Assembly (NCBI RefSeq): GCF_036321535.1
Contig: NC_087436.1
Location: forward strand, 84,074,001-84,138,000
DNA: 64,000 nt
Reading direction: 5' to 3'
Origin: Camelus dromedarius
Lineage: Eukaryota
The position numbers and the translations under genes are program-made. Shown here one piece after another: positions 25,630 through 37,559 of the stretch. The first letter of the stretch is position 1, and every line of letters starts with the position of its first letter. The notes beneath the pieces are model-generated. The model worked only from the letters and a program-made list of their open reading frames with translations, did no database searches and was not told the origin of the DNA.

Positions 25630-26524
25630 CCGTATGAGTTCGAACATGCTGAACATAGTTGTTTTTTCTGTCTGAAAAATAGTTGCATTTTCCACATGTG
25701 TATACTTTCCTTGGAAAATGGTTTCTCAAGTGTTTCCTCCAGTGATACTCGCTTACTGTGGTGTACGTGCAAATGATGCACTTGTAGACTCGCTCATTAT
25801 CCCCGGCTCTGGTGTGGTGTTTCAGGTGAGCGGTATAGTGATCATATCGATTGGTATTGTAGCCGCAGCGGTCACAGCGGATGGGGCCCTTGGAGAAATC
25901 TCCCTCTTCTGCAGTGGAAGAGCCGGATTCCCTGGCTTTTGCTTGCTTCTCTGCACTTTCTTCCACAAAAAATTTCTTGGCACTATGAACTCGGATGTGA
26001 TGCACAAACTGTTCTTCAGATTCTGCTTCATATTGGCATGGTTTACAGCGAAAGGGTTTGGTCTTCAAGTTCTTGCATTTGTCCTCTGCTACAGGTGTTT
26101 CTGAAGGAAGATCTTCATTTGAGCTGTACGTTTCTGGGGCAGCTGATACCTCAAACACAGGCTGTGGTTCCACAACACTGAGTTCCAAACTCTCCAGTTC
26201 CATGTTTTCCAGTCCACTGTGTTCACCTTTCGCTTCAGGAGACTCCTCAAGTCCTTCTCCATCACTATCTGAAAAATTGTTATCCCCAACAGGCATCAAT
26301 TCTGCCATCTGTCTTTCTTCGCCAACCAGGTAATCACAGCAGCTGCCATTTACTTCTCCAGTTAGGGCCACATTTGCCAACATGATGAGCTGAGGTGCAG
26401 CCAGTTCTGCTCTGGAGAGATCAGGCAAGTCGTACATGTCATTAGACAAGGCCATGCCAATGCTACCACTGCCGGGGAACAGCCCTCCTCCTCCGGAAGA
26501 CTGTCCCATTACCTGGGTGGCCAT
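25630..26524 (-). CDS. REST: REST first coding exon (exon 2): N-terminal SIN3-binding repressor domain and zinc fingers 1-4
   Basis: ATG at 26524 (MATQVMGQSSGGGGLF..APQLIMLANVALTGE); four C2H2 fingers ending ..HVRTHT; donor ACG G|GTAAGC at 25630/25629; acceptor aatacag|AACACAGTTATG gives an exon start at 26533 (9 nt of 5'UTR). Confidence 0.98.
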
Positions 26525-27069
26525 AACTGTGTTCTGTATTCAAAACAAAACAAAAAAACACAAAAGCACCACTTTAAATTACAACTTTTACTGGTCTAAA
26601 ACCAAAACATCACTGTAATTCTTTGTAACTTAAATACATTTTCAGATATACTCTTTAAACTCAATCAGCTTCATTACTGAAAATAAGCCTTTAAAATATA
26701 TTTTAATTCCAAATTCTCTTTACTGTAGTCACTGAAAAAAATTCTACAACCCCTAAGAAAAATTCTTTCAATTGTCTGACATAACTCTTCCAGGTCTACT
26801 ACAGGTGTGCCTTCCCTCAAGCACTTCTAATTTTTCTGGTAGAAAAATGTCACCTTCATTTTTAGTGTTAATTTAAATTATATTTTAAATTCCATACATG
26901 CTATCCTCCCAACTCCTGCTTCAACAGTTTACTGGTCTGAATCAGAAAGGTGAAAAATCCAAGTCAACTCTGCATTTTATTAAGTACAGTCTGGAAAGTA
27001 GAACCCTGTAATAATTGGTCAATAGTTTAAACCTCATATGAACTCAATTAACCACAAAAGAATAAACTA

Positions 27070-30000
27070 GAGCTGATCCTTGAACAACAAAGGGTTTAGG
27101 GCACTGACTTCCTGGTTTAGTCCAAAATCTGAGAATAACTTTTTTCGGTTTTTATTTTTATTTTTTGGTTGGGGGTGGTAATTAGGTTTATTTATTTATT
27201 TTTAGAGGAGGTACTGGGGATTGAACTCATGACCCTGTGACTGCTAAGCATGCACTCTACCACTTGAGCTATATCCTTCCCACTTTGAGGATAACTTTTG
27301 ACTCCACAAAAACTTAACTACCAATAGCCTACTGCTGACCAGAAGCCTTACCAATAACACAGCGGATTAACACATATTTTGCATGTTATATGTATTCTTA
27401 CAACAAAGTAAGCTTAAGAAAATCATAAGAGAAAACACATTTACAGTACTGTATTTAATGATACCATAAGTTTGTGTACAAGATGAATCATCAGTATCTA
27501 CATCCATATTGTCTTCTATGATACAAAATACTGTAGATGTCAAAAAAAAGTACAAATACTAGATACCAAAAAAAAAGACAATGTGAAAAAGAAATTCATA
27601 TTTATTTAGAGGTATAACAATTTATGCACTGATGTGAGCAGCAATATGATTGCTTCCTGGTAGCCTAGCATACATGCAAATGAATGAATCATTTTTAACA
27701 TTTTTATGGCATACAGTATTACAGCCATATTCATAATACAGTGTTGTAAACACCGTTACACTAAAAAAAAAAAACTTACCTATGATGGCAGACTGATAAA
27801 CAGATGACCAATTAAGAAAAAAGCATACTGTACAGTAATGTAATTATTTGAAAACAAAGTTATAAAACAGTAGGAAAACAAACTGTCAACTTTATATTAA
27901 ATACCAATCATTTTATACCTATGTAAGGATAGGCTATCCACTTCAATACAAGTCTTGCAAACCTTGTTCTACACAATGAACACTCAGGAGATAAAGATGA
28001 TGACAAAAACATTTCAGGGCTCTAGCCATAGTTACTAGATTTTCACAACACACACACACACACCAAGCAAGTGTATTAACTGTACAGCATGATGATTATT
28101 TGCTACTCATTACGTAGAAGTGGGTCATCATAAAGGTCTGTATCCTAGTGGTCTTCATTCACATGGAGGCTGAGGAGGAGGAAGAGGCTGGTCTTGCAGT
28201 CTCAGGGGTGGAAGAGGTGGATGGGAAGGCAGGAGAAGCAGGCATACTTGTATGACTTGACAAAAATACATCCTAATTTCTGCCTAACTTTTTTGCCTTA
28301 GCATTTCTCCCAAAGCGTTTCTACATGGTACTAATTCTTCTTCTACCATTTGCTTTAGTTTCAGTGCCCATATCATAGAAGAGTCCACGTTATAGGTCAA
28401 AAACAATCTTGAATAATCGGAACCCTTCTGCCAGAATATCAATTTGTTTTCTGGTACTGCTTCTTCTACATCTTATTCTTCAAAGTCTGGCACTGGTTGG
28501 AAAAGTACTCATCTCCATCAAGGCATCTTAATTCCTCTGACGTATTTATTAGCTGCTGAATTTTCTCTGGATCCCTATCCCTATGTTGAAACACTTCACT
28601 TTTTTTTTTTTTTTTTTTTTGCCGTATCTAGAATCTTTTTCCCATTTCTTTGATTGGCTCTGTCATAAATCATGTGAAGTCATACACAGTATCTGGAAGG
28701 TTTTCTATGGCAGGAATTTATTTTTTCAGGCTTAATGACGTTCACAGCTTTTTCTATAACAATGGCATCCTCAATGGTGCAATCCTTCCAGAATTTCATG
28801 ATGTTCTATCTGGGTTCCATTCCATAGCACTGACAATCTTTCCACAGAATACTATGTGTAATGAGCCTCTTTAAAATGCTTAACATCCCCTGAGATCTAC
28901 AGGCTGAATTAAAGACAGTGTGTTTGGGGGCAAGCAGACCATTCTGACAGCTTCAGTGTCAAACTCATAGGGTTCTGTATGGCCAGGGGTACTGCCCAAA
29001 TCAAAATACTTTAAAAGGCAGTCCCTTACTGGCAATTTATTTCTTGACTTCAGAGACTAAGCATTGATGCAACCAATCCAGAAAAAAGGGTTCTCGTTGT
29101 TCAAGCCTTCTTACTGTAGCACAACCAAAAGACTGGCAGCTGGTGTTTATCTTTTCTCTTCAAGGCTTGGGGGCTAGCAGCTTTACAGATAAGTGCAGTC
29201 CTGATCATAAACCCCACTATAGTTGCACAAAACATTGAGTCAGCCTATCCTTTCCTGCCTTAAATCCTCGTGCTTGCTTCTCTTATTAATAAATAACCTT
29301 TGTGGCACTTTTTTCCCAGAATAGGGCACTTCTGTCTGCATGAAAAACCTGTTGAGGCTGATATTATTTCTCAATGATATTCTTCATGGTTTTTCTCAAA
29401 TCATTTTACAGTCCATACATATGCCTTTCTTACAGCAATCCTGCACCCACATAAAAGCTACATTTTAATACAAGATAAAAAGTAATTTCCCAAAATGTGC
29501 AACGTTTTCAGGCCTGCTGGCATAGCTGCAGTGATGACTTCACGAATTTTCTTTTTTTTTTTAAACATTGGTCCTTAGGGTGGAATCTTTTATCCTGAAG
29601 TAGTGGGCAACTTCAAGTGCAGACATCAACCTCTGCGTACATTATCAAGCAATTCAACTTTTTCTTAGTCGTAACTACTCTTTCTTTGGGAGCACTTCCA
29701 GCATTACTAGTGTCACTGTGAGTCCTTGGTGTTATCCAAGGTTTTCAGTATTGCACTGAACAGGTTCACAATTTACTGGAGAGTCTGCTCACAAGGAAAT
29801 GATTAGCATCACCCCATGTTTTAAGTAGTTACTTACAACCCTTCAGCTCACTGAATTATTAACAGGAAGTGGCCGCAAAATTATTACAATAGTACAGTAC
29901 GAACTATAGTTAATTTTATGGCGTTATGAGTTAATATTGCATCTTTACATTTGTTTACATTTCTCTAGATTAGAAATGATGCCATGAGTAGTGTGTTTGG

Positions 30001-30264
30001 GTAAGTTTTGATCAATTTTAACTTTTTATTAGATTTGTATGTATTTAATGGTAGTAAATGATACAAATATTCCAGTACCTACATATACTTTATGCACTCA
30101 TGATGCACCTTTTTCTTTTTGATATTTCTAGGCTATGTGTATTGTCTGTAAATTTTTTCAAAATGTTGCATATCTCCAAGAAATTTTCCAATATATTTAT
30201 TGAAAAAAAAAAATCTACAAATAGACCCATGCAGATCAAATTCCTCTTGTTCAAGGATCCACTG
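27070..30264 (-). mobile_element. Near-full-length Tigger2-like (pogo/Tc1-mariner) DNA transposon, decayed transposase, in REST intron 1
   Basis: Terminal inverted repeats ta|gagctgatccttgaacaac and ttgttcaaggatccactg|tg; minus-strand transposase remnants QVFHADRSALFW (~29320-29355) and PPNTLSLIQPVD (~28895-28930) resemble the pogo-family DDE motifs VFNADET and PPNTTSLIQPLD. Confidence 0.82.
27142..27281 (-). mobile_element. Camelid-type tRNA-derived SINE inserted into the Tigger2-like element
   Basis: Minus strand gggaaggatatagctcaagtggtagagtgcatgcttagc..gttcaatccccagtacc; TSD-like gag(a/g)ataactttt on both sides. Confidence 0.9.
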
Positions 30265-32048
30265 TGCTTTGAAAACTTAACAGTTTGTTTTTTTAACGAC
30301 AATCTCTTTAAAATAAACAAAAATTATGGACTTTTTTCCTTTGAAAAGGTTAAGTTTGTATTCAAAACCTCACACATGAAAGTAAAGAAACTTTCAAACC
30401 CTATAATAAAGTAACTGGTCAACTCATCTTCACAATCAGCAACTTTCTTGCATTGTGCTTGACTTGGCCCAACTGCCTAGTGGAGCCATTACAAGATCAC
30501 CCTGAAAACATGTTGGACTTTTTAATAGACTGCCTTAACCATGTTACTTTCCAATCTAAAAGGTGTTATTCTCAAATTAGGTCTTCTCTTGCAAATTGGA
30601 AAAAGCAAAATAATTGATAAGGACTAAAAAAATTACGTTAAACCCAAAAAAGTAATCCGTTTCACCGACTGTACAAACCCAAACCGGTTGAGTTTCATGT
30701 ACCAACGAAAGTTGGAATCAAATGCCATCACACAAAGCAAAAGCTGTTCAAGTGCTTAACAGCCAGGCTACTCGGTAACTTACCCAAACATCGACTTTTT
30801 TCATACTCCCCAAACCCTAACTACCAACTCTAAAGGAATTTGCACGTTGGTCAGGAAGACCGTCCAAGCACAGCCCGGAAACCCAACGTGCTGCACGAAT
30901 TCCTGCGTGCTGCTGCCACCAGCGCCTGCCTCGGCGGCGGCATTCCGGACTGAAATAGGCATTCGGCCATTTTCTCAAAATACGTACCAAACACAAAGCA
31001 GCTCTCTGCAAACTCGGGCGCTCTCGCTTCCTCTCGGCTCGGCCCACTCACTGCCACACACCGACACCCCAACTCGCCGAGTTCCCCAACTCTCGTCCTG
31101 AAGCTTTTCCTGGGCTCCCCAACACTAAAGAAGGCAAGATAGGCAAACTCGGGGCGCCGCTGGGCCGGACCCAGTCTTCCCCAGTTCAGGCTGCCCCCTC
31201 CCGGCCCAAGAGCCCGAGTCCAGGAAGAGGGAGAAAAGTTACCGCGTCGCGCCGTCCCGGCTCCTCACCGGCGCTGGGCTCGCCCTCAGCAGAGGGCCGG
31301 GGAGCCTCCGCGGGCGCCCTCCCAGGGCGCCGGGCCCCGAGAGCCGGAGGGGGCCCCAAGCGCGCCGGCCGCCCCCCGCGCCCCGGAAGTTTGCGGGCTC
31401 ACTCCCCAACGGCGCCCCGCGGGACGCGCGCCCGGGCCCCGCCGTCCCAGCCCGCGAGGTGGCCCGGCGCCGAGGACCCGGCCGGCCGGGCGGCCGGAGC
31501 GCAGAAACCGCTGTCCAGCCCCATTGGCGGAACCGCCCGGGCCCCGGGCTGACTCAACCCGCCCGGCCGCACTCAACGGCGCCTTCCGGCGAAAGGGAGA
31601 GGCCGGAGGGAGGGGGACGGGAGGGCCGCCGGCAGGCGAGGGGCTGCGGCGGGACCCGGAGCCGGAGGACGACGAGAGGAAGTTTCAGGACTAGGGCCCC
31701 AAGCTGCTCCGCTCCTCGCCACAGGACCCAACTCCGAGGGACGCCCGGGCCCGCGCGGAGGCGGCGGCCAGGCCTCAGCTGGGGAGGGGGTCCTGGCGCC
31801 GAGCCGCTCTCCACGGACGCCCCCGGCCCAGCCCCCGGGCCGCGGCTGTGTAACCCGATCCCGCGCGGTTGCTCGCCCCCGCCTGCCCGGGCCGCCGCCG
31901 CCGGAGCCATAGTATCTGCAAATCAGCCCTGGACAGCGCCTCGCTCCGCGTCCTTCCGCGCCCTCCCCCTCCCCCTCCCGCCGCCGCCCGGACGGCCCTC
32001 CCGTCCTCTCCCCTCCCCGCCACCGTCCTCAGACCGCGTCGCGCTTAC

Positions 32049-32367
32049 CGGCCTTCCCTGACGAGGAGGGGTGACGACCCGGCGTCGCAGCTCCTACACC
32101 GACTACTTTTCTTTGTTGCTGGAGTTTCGGGGGAGGGGAGAGGGAGGGTGGAAAAGTTGGACGCTGGGGCCGTCGAGGCCCGCGAAGACGCAGGAGTGGG
32201 GCTGCACAGAGTATTGAGGCCACCGGTTCTCGCCTGGCCGTCGCCGCCTCCGCCACCGCCGGGGTCTGGGGTCAGGGGCCTCGACGGCGCTTGCTGGGTC
32301 GCTGCGCCGCGAGCTCGCGGGAGCCACACATTCCAACACAGGAGGCTACGCCGCGCACCCGGCCCGC

Positions 32368-32394
<27 letters not shown>
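32049..32394 (-). other. REST: REST non-coding exon 1a (5'UTR)
   Basis: Ends GAAGGCCG|gtaagcg (strong donor); joined to exon 2 it gives GAAGGCCG-AACACAGTTATG, resembling the human REST mRNA leader as recalled; begins in a (GGC)n run, so the TSS is approximate. Confidence 0.85.
32368..32394. repeat. (GCC)9 trinucleotide repeat at the REST transcription start
   Basis: Nine perfect GCC units counted directly. Confidence 0.95.
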
Positions 32395-32398
<4 letters not shown>

Positions 32399-33779
32399 GG
32401 ACCCGCCCCCTCGCCGGCGCGCGCGCCTGGCCCGCCCCGCCCCGCCCCTGAGAGAAGGGGGTTGCTTTGGGCCCCGGCTGGGCTCGGGGCGCGCTTAGGC
32501 GGGGCTGCGCGTAATTCGCCCGGCCCCCTCACCTTAGCTCTTAGGTCAAAAAAGAGGCGAGCCCCGCTCCCTTTCTTCATTTCCTTCGTAAACAAACAAC
32601 AAAAAAAGTTATCCTCCAGCCCTGGCTGAATGCATGAGAATAGACCTGTTAAAAGAAAAATGTACAGGCTTTGACGTCCTCTTTAGAAGCATTGTTATCC
32701 GCCCTTTTCAAGTCTAAAGCACTCGAAAATACCCTTCAGAATCTCTTCAAGTCTCCACTATAGCCACCCTTAACTAATTAGGCTTCGTTTTAAAGGTCTA
32801 CGATTTAAAAATAGGTATACCTTCCAAATTTTAAACAGTAAGCTAGAAAAAGGCAAGCAGTTCCTGAGTTGTCAGAAAATGTTTCGGGAAGATCTGGGAC
32901 TAAAGTTGAAAGAATGAGGAAAGAAGGGACAAGTACCTAGACGTGGCAGGTAGCAGGTCAATGCTTAGCCTTCAAAGCACGATTTCAGTGTAGCATTTAC
33001 CCTCAGATTACAGAAGATAAAGAGAGTGGTGAGGAAGTAGAGGCTGCTTCGTGAGCAAGTCTCCGAGAGTACCCTGCCTCCATATATTTATAAAGTAGGG
33101 TGACCATGCATGTTACCTGGCACATAGTATGTTGAGAGAAAGTAGTCTCATGCACTCCTTCCCTTCTGTTTACACCAGAAACGTCTTATTAGTCTGCCTT
33201 TGATAACCTTAAATCACAGCTGTCCTCAGAAAATGAATGGCTCCCTTTAAACCTCTTTGTATGCCATTCAAGGCCCTGACTAACCAGATCTGGAGAAGCT
33301 GGACTATCACTAGTATTATAATAAAGGCAGCAGCAAGTGCCAGGAGAATTCAGAGTAGGGAGATAGTTTCTAACTAAGTGGATCTAGAAAATTCTCACAG
33401 TAGGTGATTATCCAATCTAGCCTTGGGGAATTAGGAGAATTTCAACAGGTGGAAAACTGAGAACGGAACATTATACAAGGTGAAAACAGCAAGCCTCAAA
33501 ACTCATCTATTGAGACTTCCCTAATTCATCCTCCAGCCCCTTCATTTCCTTCTCTTTCAACTTCCTTCACTTGTCTAGCTTATGAGAAAGCTTCCAGACG
33601 CCTTACTTTCTTGGTCTCTTCTTCAGTAAACCTGTTTTCCTAAATCTAGACAATATATTATTAATTTTCCAGTGTCAAATTCAAGATGGAATGAAAGCCC
33701 TAATATGTTTAACTACCAAAGGTATTAATATTTAATACTAAATGCAAGCCCTCCCTATGAATCAAACTTTTCATCAAGA

Positions 33780-33920
33780 TAAAGAGGAAACGAAAGAAAT
33801 GCAGAAAGGAAGGAAAAAGGAAAGAAAAAGAACATAGAAGAGAGGGGAAAAAAATGAAAGAGAAGAATGGAGGAGGGAAGGAAAGAAAGAGAGAAGGAAG
33901 GAAAAAAGGGAGAAAAAACT
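33780..33920 (+). repeat. Polypurine (GA-rich) low-complexity tract
   Basis: Almost pure A/G sequence ~1.4 kb upstream of exon 1a. Confidence 0.8.
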
Positions 33921-35386
33921 TTTGTAGACCTGGTGCAAACTTTTCTACATTTTTTTTCAAACTTATTATTTCATTTTTTTAAACTAAAACCTAATTTGAG
34001 GTTGCATGGCTTTTTAGATGCTGTAGCCCAGAGAACAATTCTGGTCTCAAAGACAATCTCGAAGATATAGACGTTCTTTCCTTTTTTCTTGTACAAAAAG
34101 GCAAAAATGAAATGTCTCTTTTTAAACTTACTAGATAAATGTCCTTCAACTCCTCAGTCTGACTGCTTACTGGAAATGTTTTATTAATTGCAAATTTATT
34201 CCCACATATTGTGATGCAAATAAAAGAATGGAAAATCGGCAGCTGCATTCATTTAAAATTAGCAGAGGCCCTTGTTCAAGAGATGGCATATTCAGAGTGA
34301 CCCAAATTATCATGACATGAAGGCCACAGGTCAAATTCAAGGCCAAGTTACAAATCAGTAGAAATTGTCCTTGAGGGAAGCTGTTGCTGTGAACTTGAAT
34401 TCTTAATTGTTTATCAAGAGGCCATACTTTTCTGCATCCAAAATTTAAGATCTTCTGCAAGATAAAGGTGTTAAAATGTGAATGAGTGTTTGTTTTCTTA
34501 TTTTGAGAATATGGATTATTTCCAACAAATTTAATTAATCATTTAAAAATTTTTAATTATCATATGTTCTTAGTAATATTTTTCTCTAGAGATTTATTTC
34601 ACAAGTTTGGTTAAATACTGTTTTTTAAGCTTCTATGTGCTTTTTATTCCTAATCATGTTTCATTTTTCTCTCTAGAAAAGAGCTTAGTTTTACTTAACC
34701 CACATCAATGTCACACTGAAGTTCAATAATCTGCTTGAAATGTTATATCTTACTCAACGTTTGTGTTGATTAAAAATTAGGGTACAGTATCTCAATCCTG
34801 ACGCTATTGGGTTTCAGGTTCACTCTTAACTGTCACTGGAGTGAGATGACTTTGGTCTGTCAGGGACTTATGTTTCAGGCATTTCTCCCATGTTCCTTAC
34901 GTTACATTTCCAGTAGTACCTGTTACTGCTTGCACCTCCAGGGATCTCTTCCTGATATAACCAATCCTGTACAATTGAACTCTGACTCTAAAATTCTTGT
35001 TCTCTGAGTCAGGACAGTTTCTATGTCTCATTTAGTTAACAGTGAACTTACAACATAATTTAAAATAGTGCTTTCTGCTATCTACGACCTTATTCTGAAA
35101 CTTTTGGTGAAGGTAAAGAAAGAAGTGGTGATAGACTAGAAAGCGCAGTGGCCAGGTAGGCTAGAAAACTGTTTCTCCTTCCCTCTGTTGCTTTGAGAAA
35201 TCACTTGAGTTTTGTCTGAAAAATGAAGAGGTTAGACCAGTGATACTTCAAATTCTCAGCAGCTTAGAAATCTAGAGTGCATTTTATTCTGTTAAAGCTT
35301 GAATCTTGCACAGGTATTGCCTACAAGTTGTATATCTTTTAGTTCAATATATCTGGGAACCCCAGGATCTTCTCTGTAGCTTCTTT

Positions 35387-35541
35387 TTTTTAATATTATT
35401 TATTTATTACTTAATTTTTTTTTTATTTTTGTGGGGAGGTAATTAGGTTTATTTATTTTTAGAGAAGGTACTGGGGATTGAACCCAGGACCTCATGCATG
35501 CTAAGCATGTGCTCTACCACTTGAGCTATACCCTTTCCCCC
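35387..35541 (-). mobile_element. tRNA-derived SINE
   Basis: A and B box motifs (tagctcaagtgg; ggttcaatcc); TSD tctgtagcttcttt at 35373-35386 and 35542-35555. Confidence 0.92.
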
Positions 35542-37559
35542 TCTGTAGCTTCTTTTGCCCTCTGTGGGGAGACCCACCAGTAGGCCTTGAGCCCCACTGG
35601 CTTCAAGACTGATGATGTCTGAAGACAGGGATTTAAGACCCTGGTCCAGTTCTGTTGATGGCACCTTTGTCTACCCTGCTGCCAGTTGGGCCCTGAGCTT
35701 TTGCTCTGGTTCAGGAAATGGAACACAGTGTCTGCAGCTTAAGCCACAGAGGTGCTCCCTAAATGCTGAGAGAAGGGAGGGAGGCGAGCCAGGGAGCCCC
35801 AGAATGAGCTGGGCTTCCTCCTGCCTTCTCGCAGAGCCCAGACCACATTCTGAACCACTTTCCCCTTGTTCCTTTTCCCTTCACCTCACTGGCCTCCTTG
35901 AACCCTGGCTACTCTCCCAGCTCAGGTCCCTTGTTCTGCTTTCTATTCCTTTTCTGAAAGACTATCCTGTACCTCTCTGTTCACGCTGCTCATCTCCTCC
36001 TCTCCTCAGTTCAGAGGTCACCTTCTCAGAGGCCACACTCTTTTGAATTTCAGCCCCTCCCCTTTGCATCCAATTCTGTTGTCCTTCCCTGCTTTGTTTT
36101 TCTTGCTACCATTTATCCCTAACAAACATGCCGTGCATTTTATTTATTTACCCTTTTATTGTTTACCTTTCTTACTAGAACCAAGCTCTGGAAGGGCAGA
36201 GAATTTGATCTTTATCTCCAGTGTCTATAACATGGTAGTTGCTCAACATATGTGTGTTAATTCATAGGATCCTAGCTTGGTATCAGAGTCTCTCAGAGTG
36301 GGGTCCTCCATACCCTCATCGGTATCCCAGTTCAGTCCCCATCAGACTTTTCTCATGATCAGTGCTGGTCTGCCTCTTTGAATGGCCCCTAAAATATCTC
36401 CTTTTCAATAAGTATTCACTGAATGGATAAATAAATACTCATAGATCACTGGTCTCTGTGCGCTGCCTTCCTGTTGAAAATCTCACTTCCTGCTCTTCTG
36501 CATATTATATTCCTAACACACTCCTAGTTCCACACACCAATCTCTCCTTGGATTTTCCTTGGTGGAATTTAACAGTCTGTCTGGGCCTTAGGGGTCTGTC
36601 CATTTGCCCCTGTTTACATACAAGCCACACCCCCTCTCCCTGCACAGCCCATCATCTGCATTGCCCTGCCCCTCCCTTGTATTCCATCTCTCTGCTCTGG
36701 CCTTCCCTGTTGTCCTCCTTCCTAGAATTTCCCTCCCTATGGTGTGCAGACCACAAAATGTCACAACTGAAGAAGATCTCAGGGGTCCAAGGTCTTGCTT
36801 TATAGATGAAAGAAGACAGGCCTGCAAGCATTTGGCTTGTCCAGGTTTGTACAACTAGTTAGGGCACAGCTGGAAAGAGAACCCAGGGGCTCAGATTTCC
36901 AACCTGTCTGCTGCTCTTTCCACATCTCTCAAATTCTCCAGTCTTCCTCTGTTCTTGCCTGGTCCCAGCAGCATCCCTTTCTGAAAATATCTTTTATTTC
37001 CCTGGGCCTGAAGACCTACTTCGGTCAGTGGCTATACAGACAGGGTATTTGAGGTAAGAAGTCCCTTCAGATTCACGTTTTACTTACTCTTAAGAATTTT
37101 TTAATGTTAAGATTAATTACCTTCTGGCTAGGTGAGACGTTATTGAATTCCATCACTTTTTAAAATACTGAAGACCCAGGATTGACATTTTAACCTACAA
37201 AACTCATCACAGTTTAGGTGAAAGGGGACTTGACTCAAAAGATAACTTCCGGTAGCCTTTGTCTTCCTCCAGGAAAGAGGCAAAATCTTTCTAGTCTGTG
37301 TTCCCAAAGTGCCGTGGGAAGGGTACTTGTGTACATACTTTCTTTTCCGTGTCTGACTGTGAGGACCTGGAGATAAGGAACCATGTTATATTCTCCACAT
37401 GATCTTATTCCTGACACAGTCAACAAAATTAAACATGCAACAAAGTGTATCAACCCAACTAAAGCTAAAACCAGGCACTGTTTTTATCAATCAATGAATG
37501 AACTGTATATTTTCCATATTTGTCTTCAAATTATCACTGAGCCTTCCAGACTGGCTAAA

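Larger units (their letters stand above)
9660..32394 (-). other. REST: REST gene span (RE1-silencing transcription factor / NRSF); exon 1a, exons 2-4 and alternative exon N
   Basis: Spliced CDS 895+84+1934 nt = 2913 nt (970 aa + stop), all junctions GT-AG and phase-consistent; CpG island at the 5' end; poly(A) signal near 9680. Gene ends are approximate. Confidence 0.95.
30850..32600. promoter_or_regulatory. REST: CpG island / REST promoter region with GC boxes
   Basis: Very GC- and CpG-rich compared with AT-rich flanks; tandem GC boxes (ccccgccccgcccc, ~32431-32448) just upstream of exon 1a. Confidence 0.93.

Noticed and set aside
31286..32629. Many overlapping 75-209 aa ORFs on both strands
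   Set aside because: Arg/Pro/Gly/Ala-rich, stop-poor frames expected in a CpG island; no recognisable protein.
35387..35541. SINE heads as functional tRNA genes
   Set aside because: They have A/B boxes but also AT-rich tails and TSDs and are dispersed, diverged copies, so they are SINEs rather than tRNAs.
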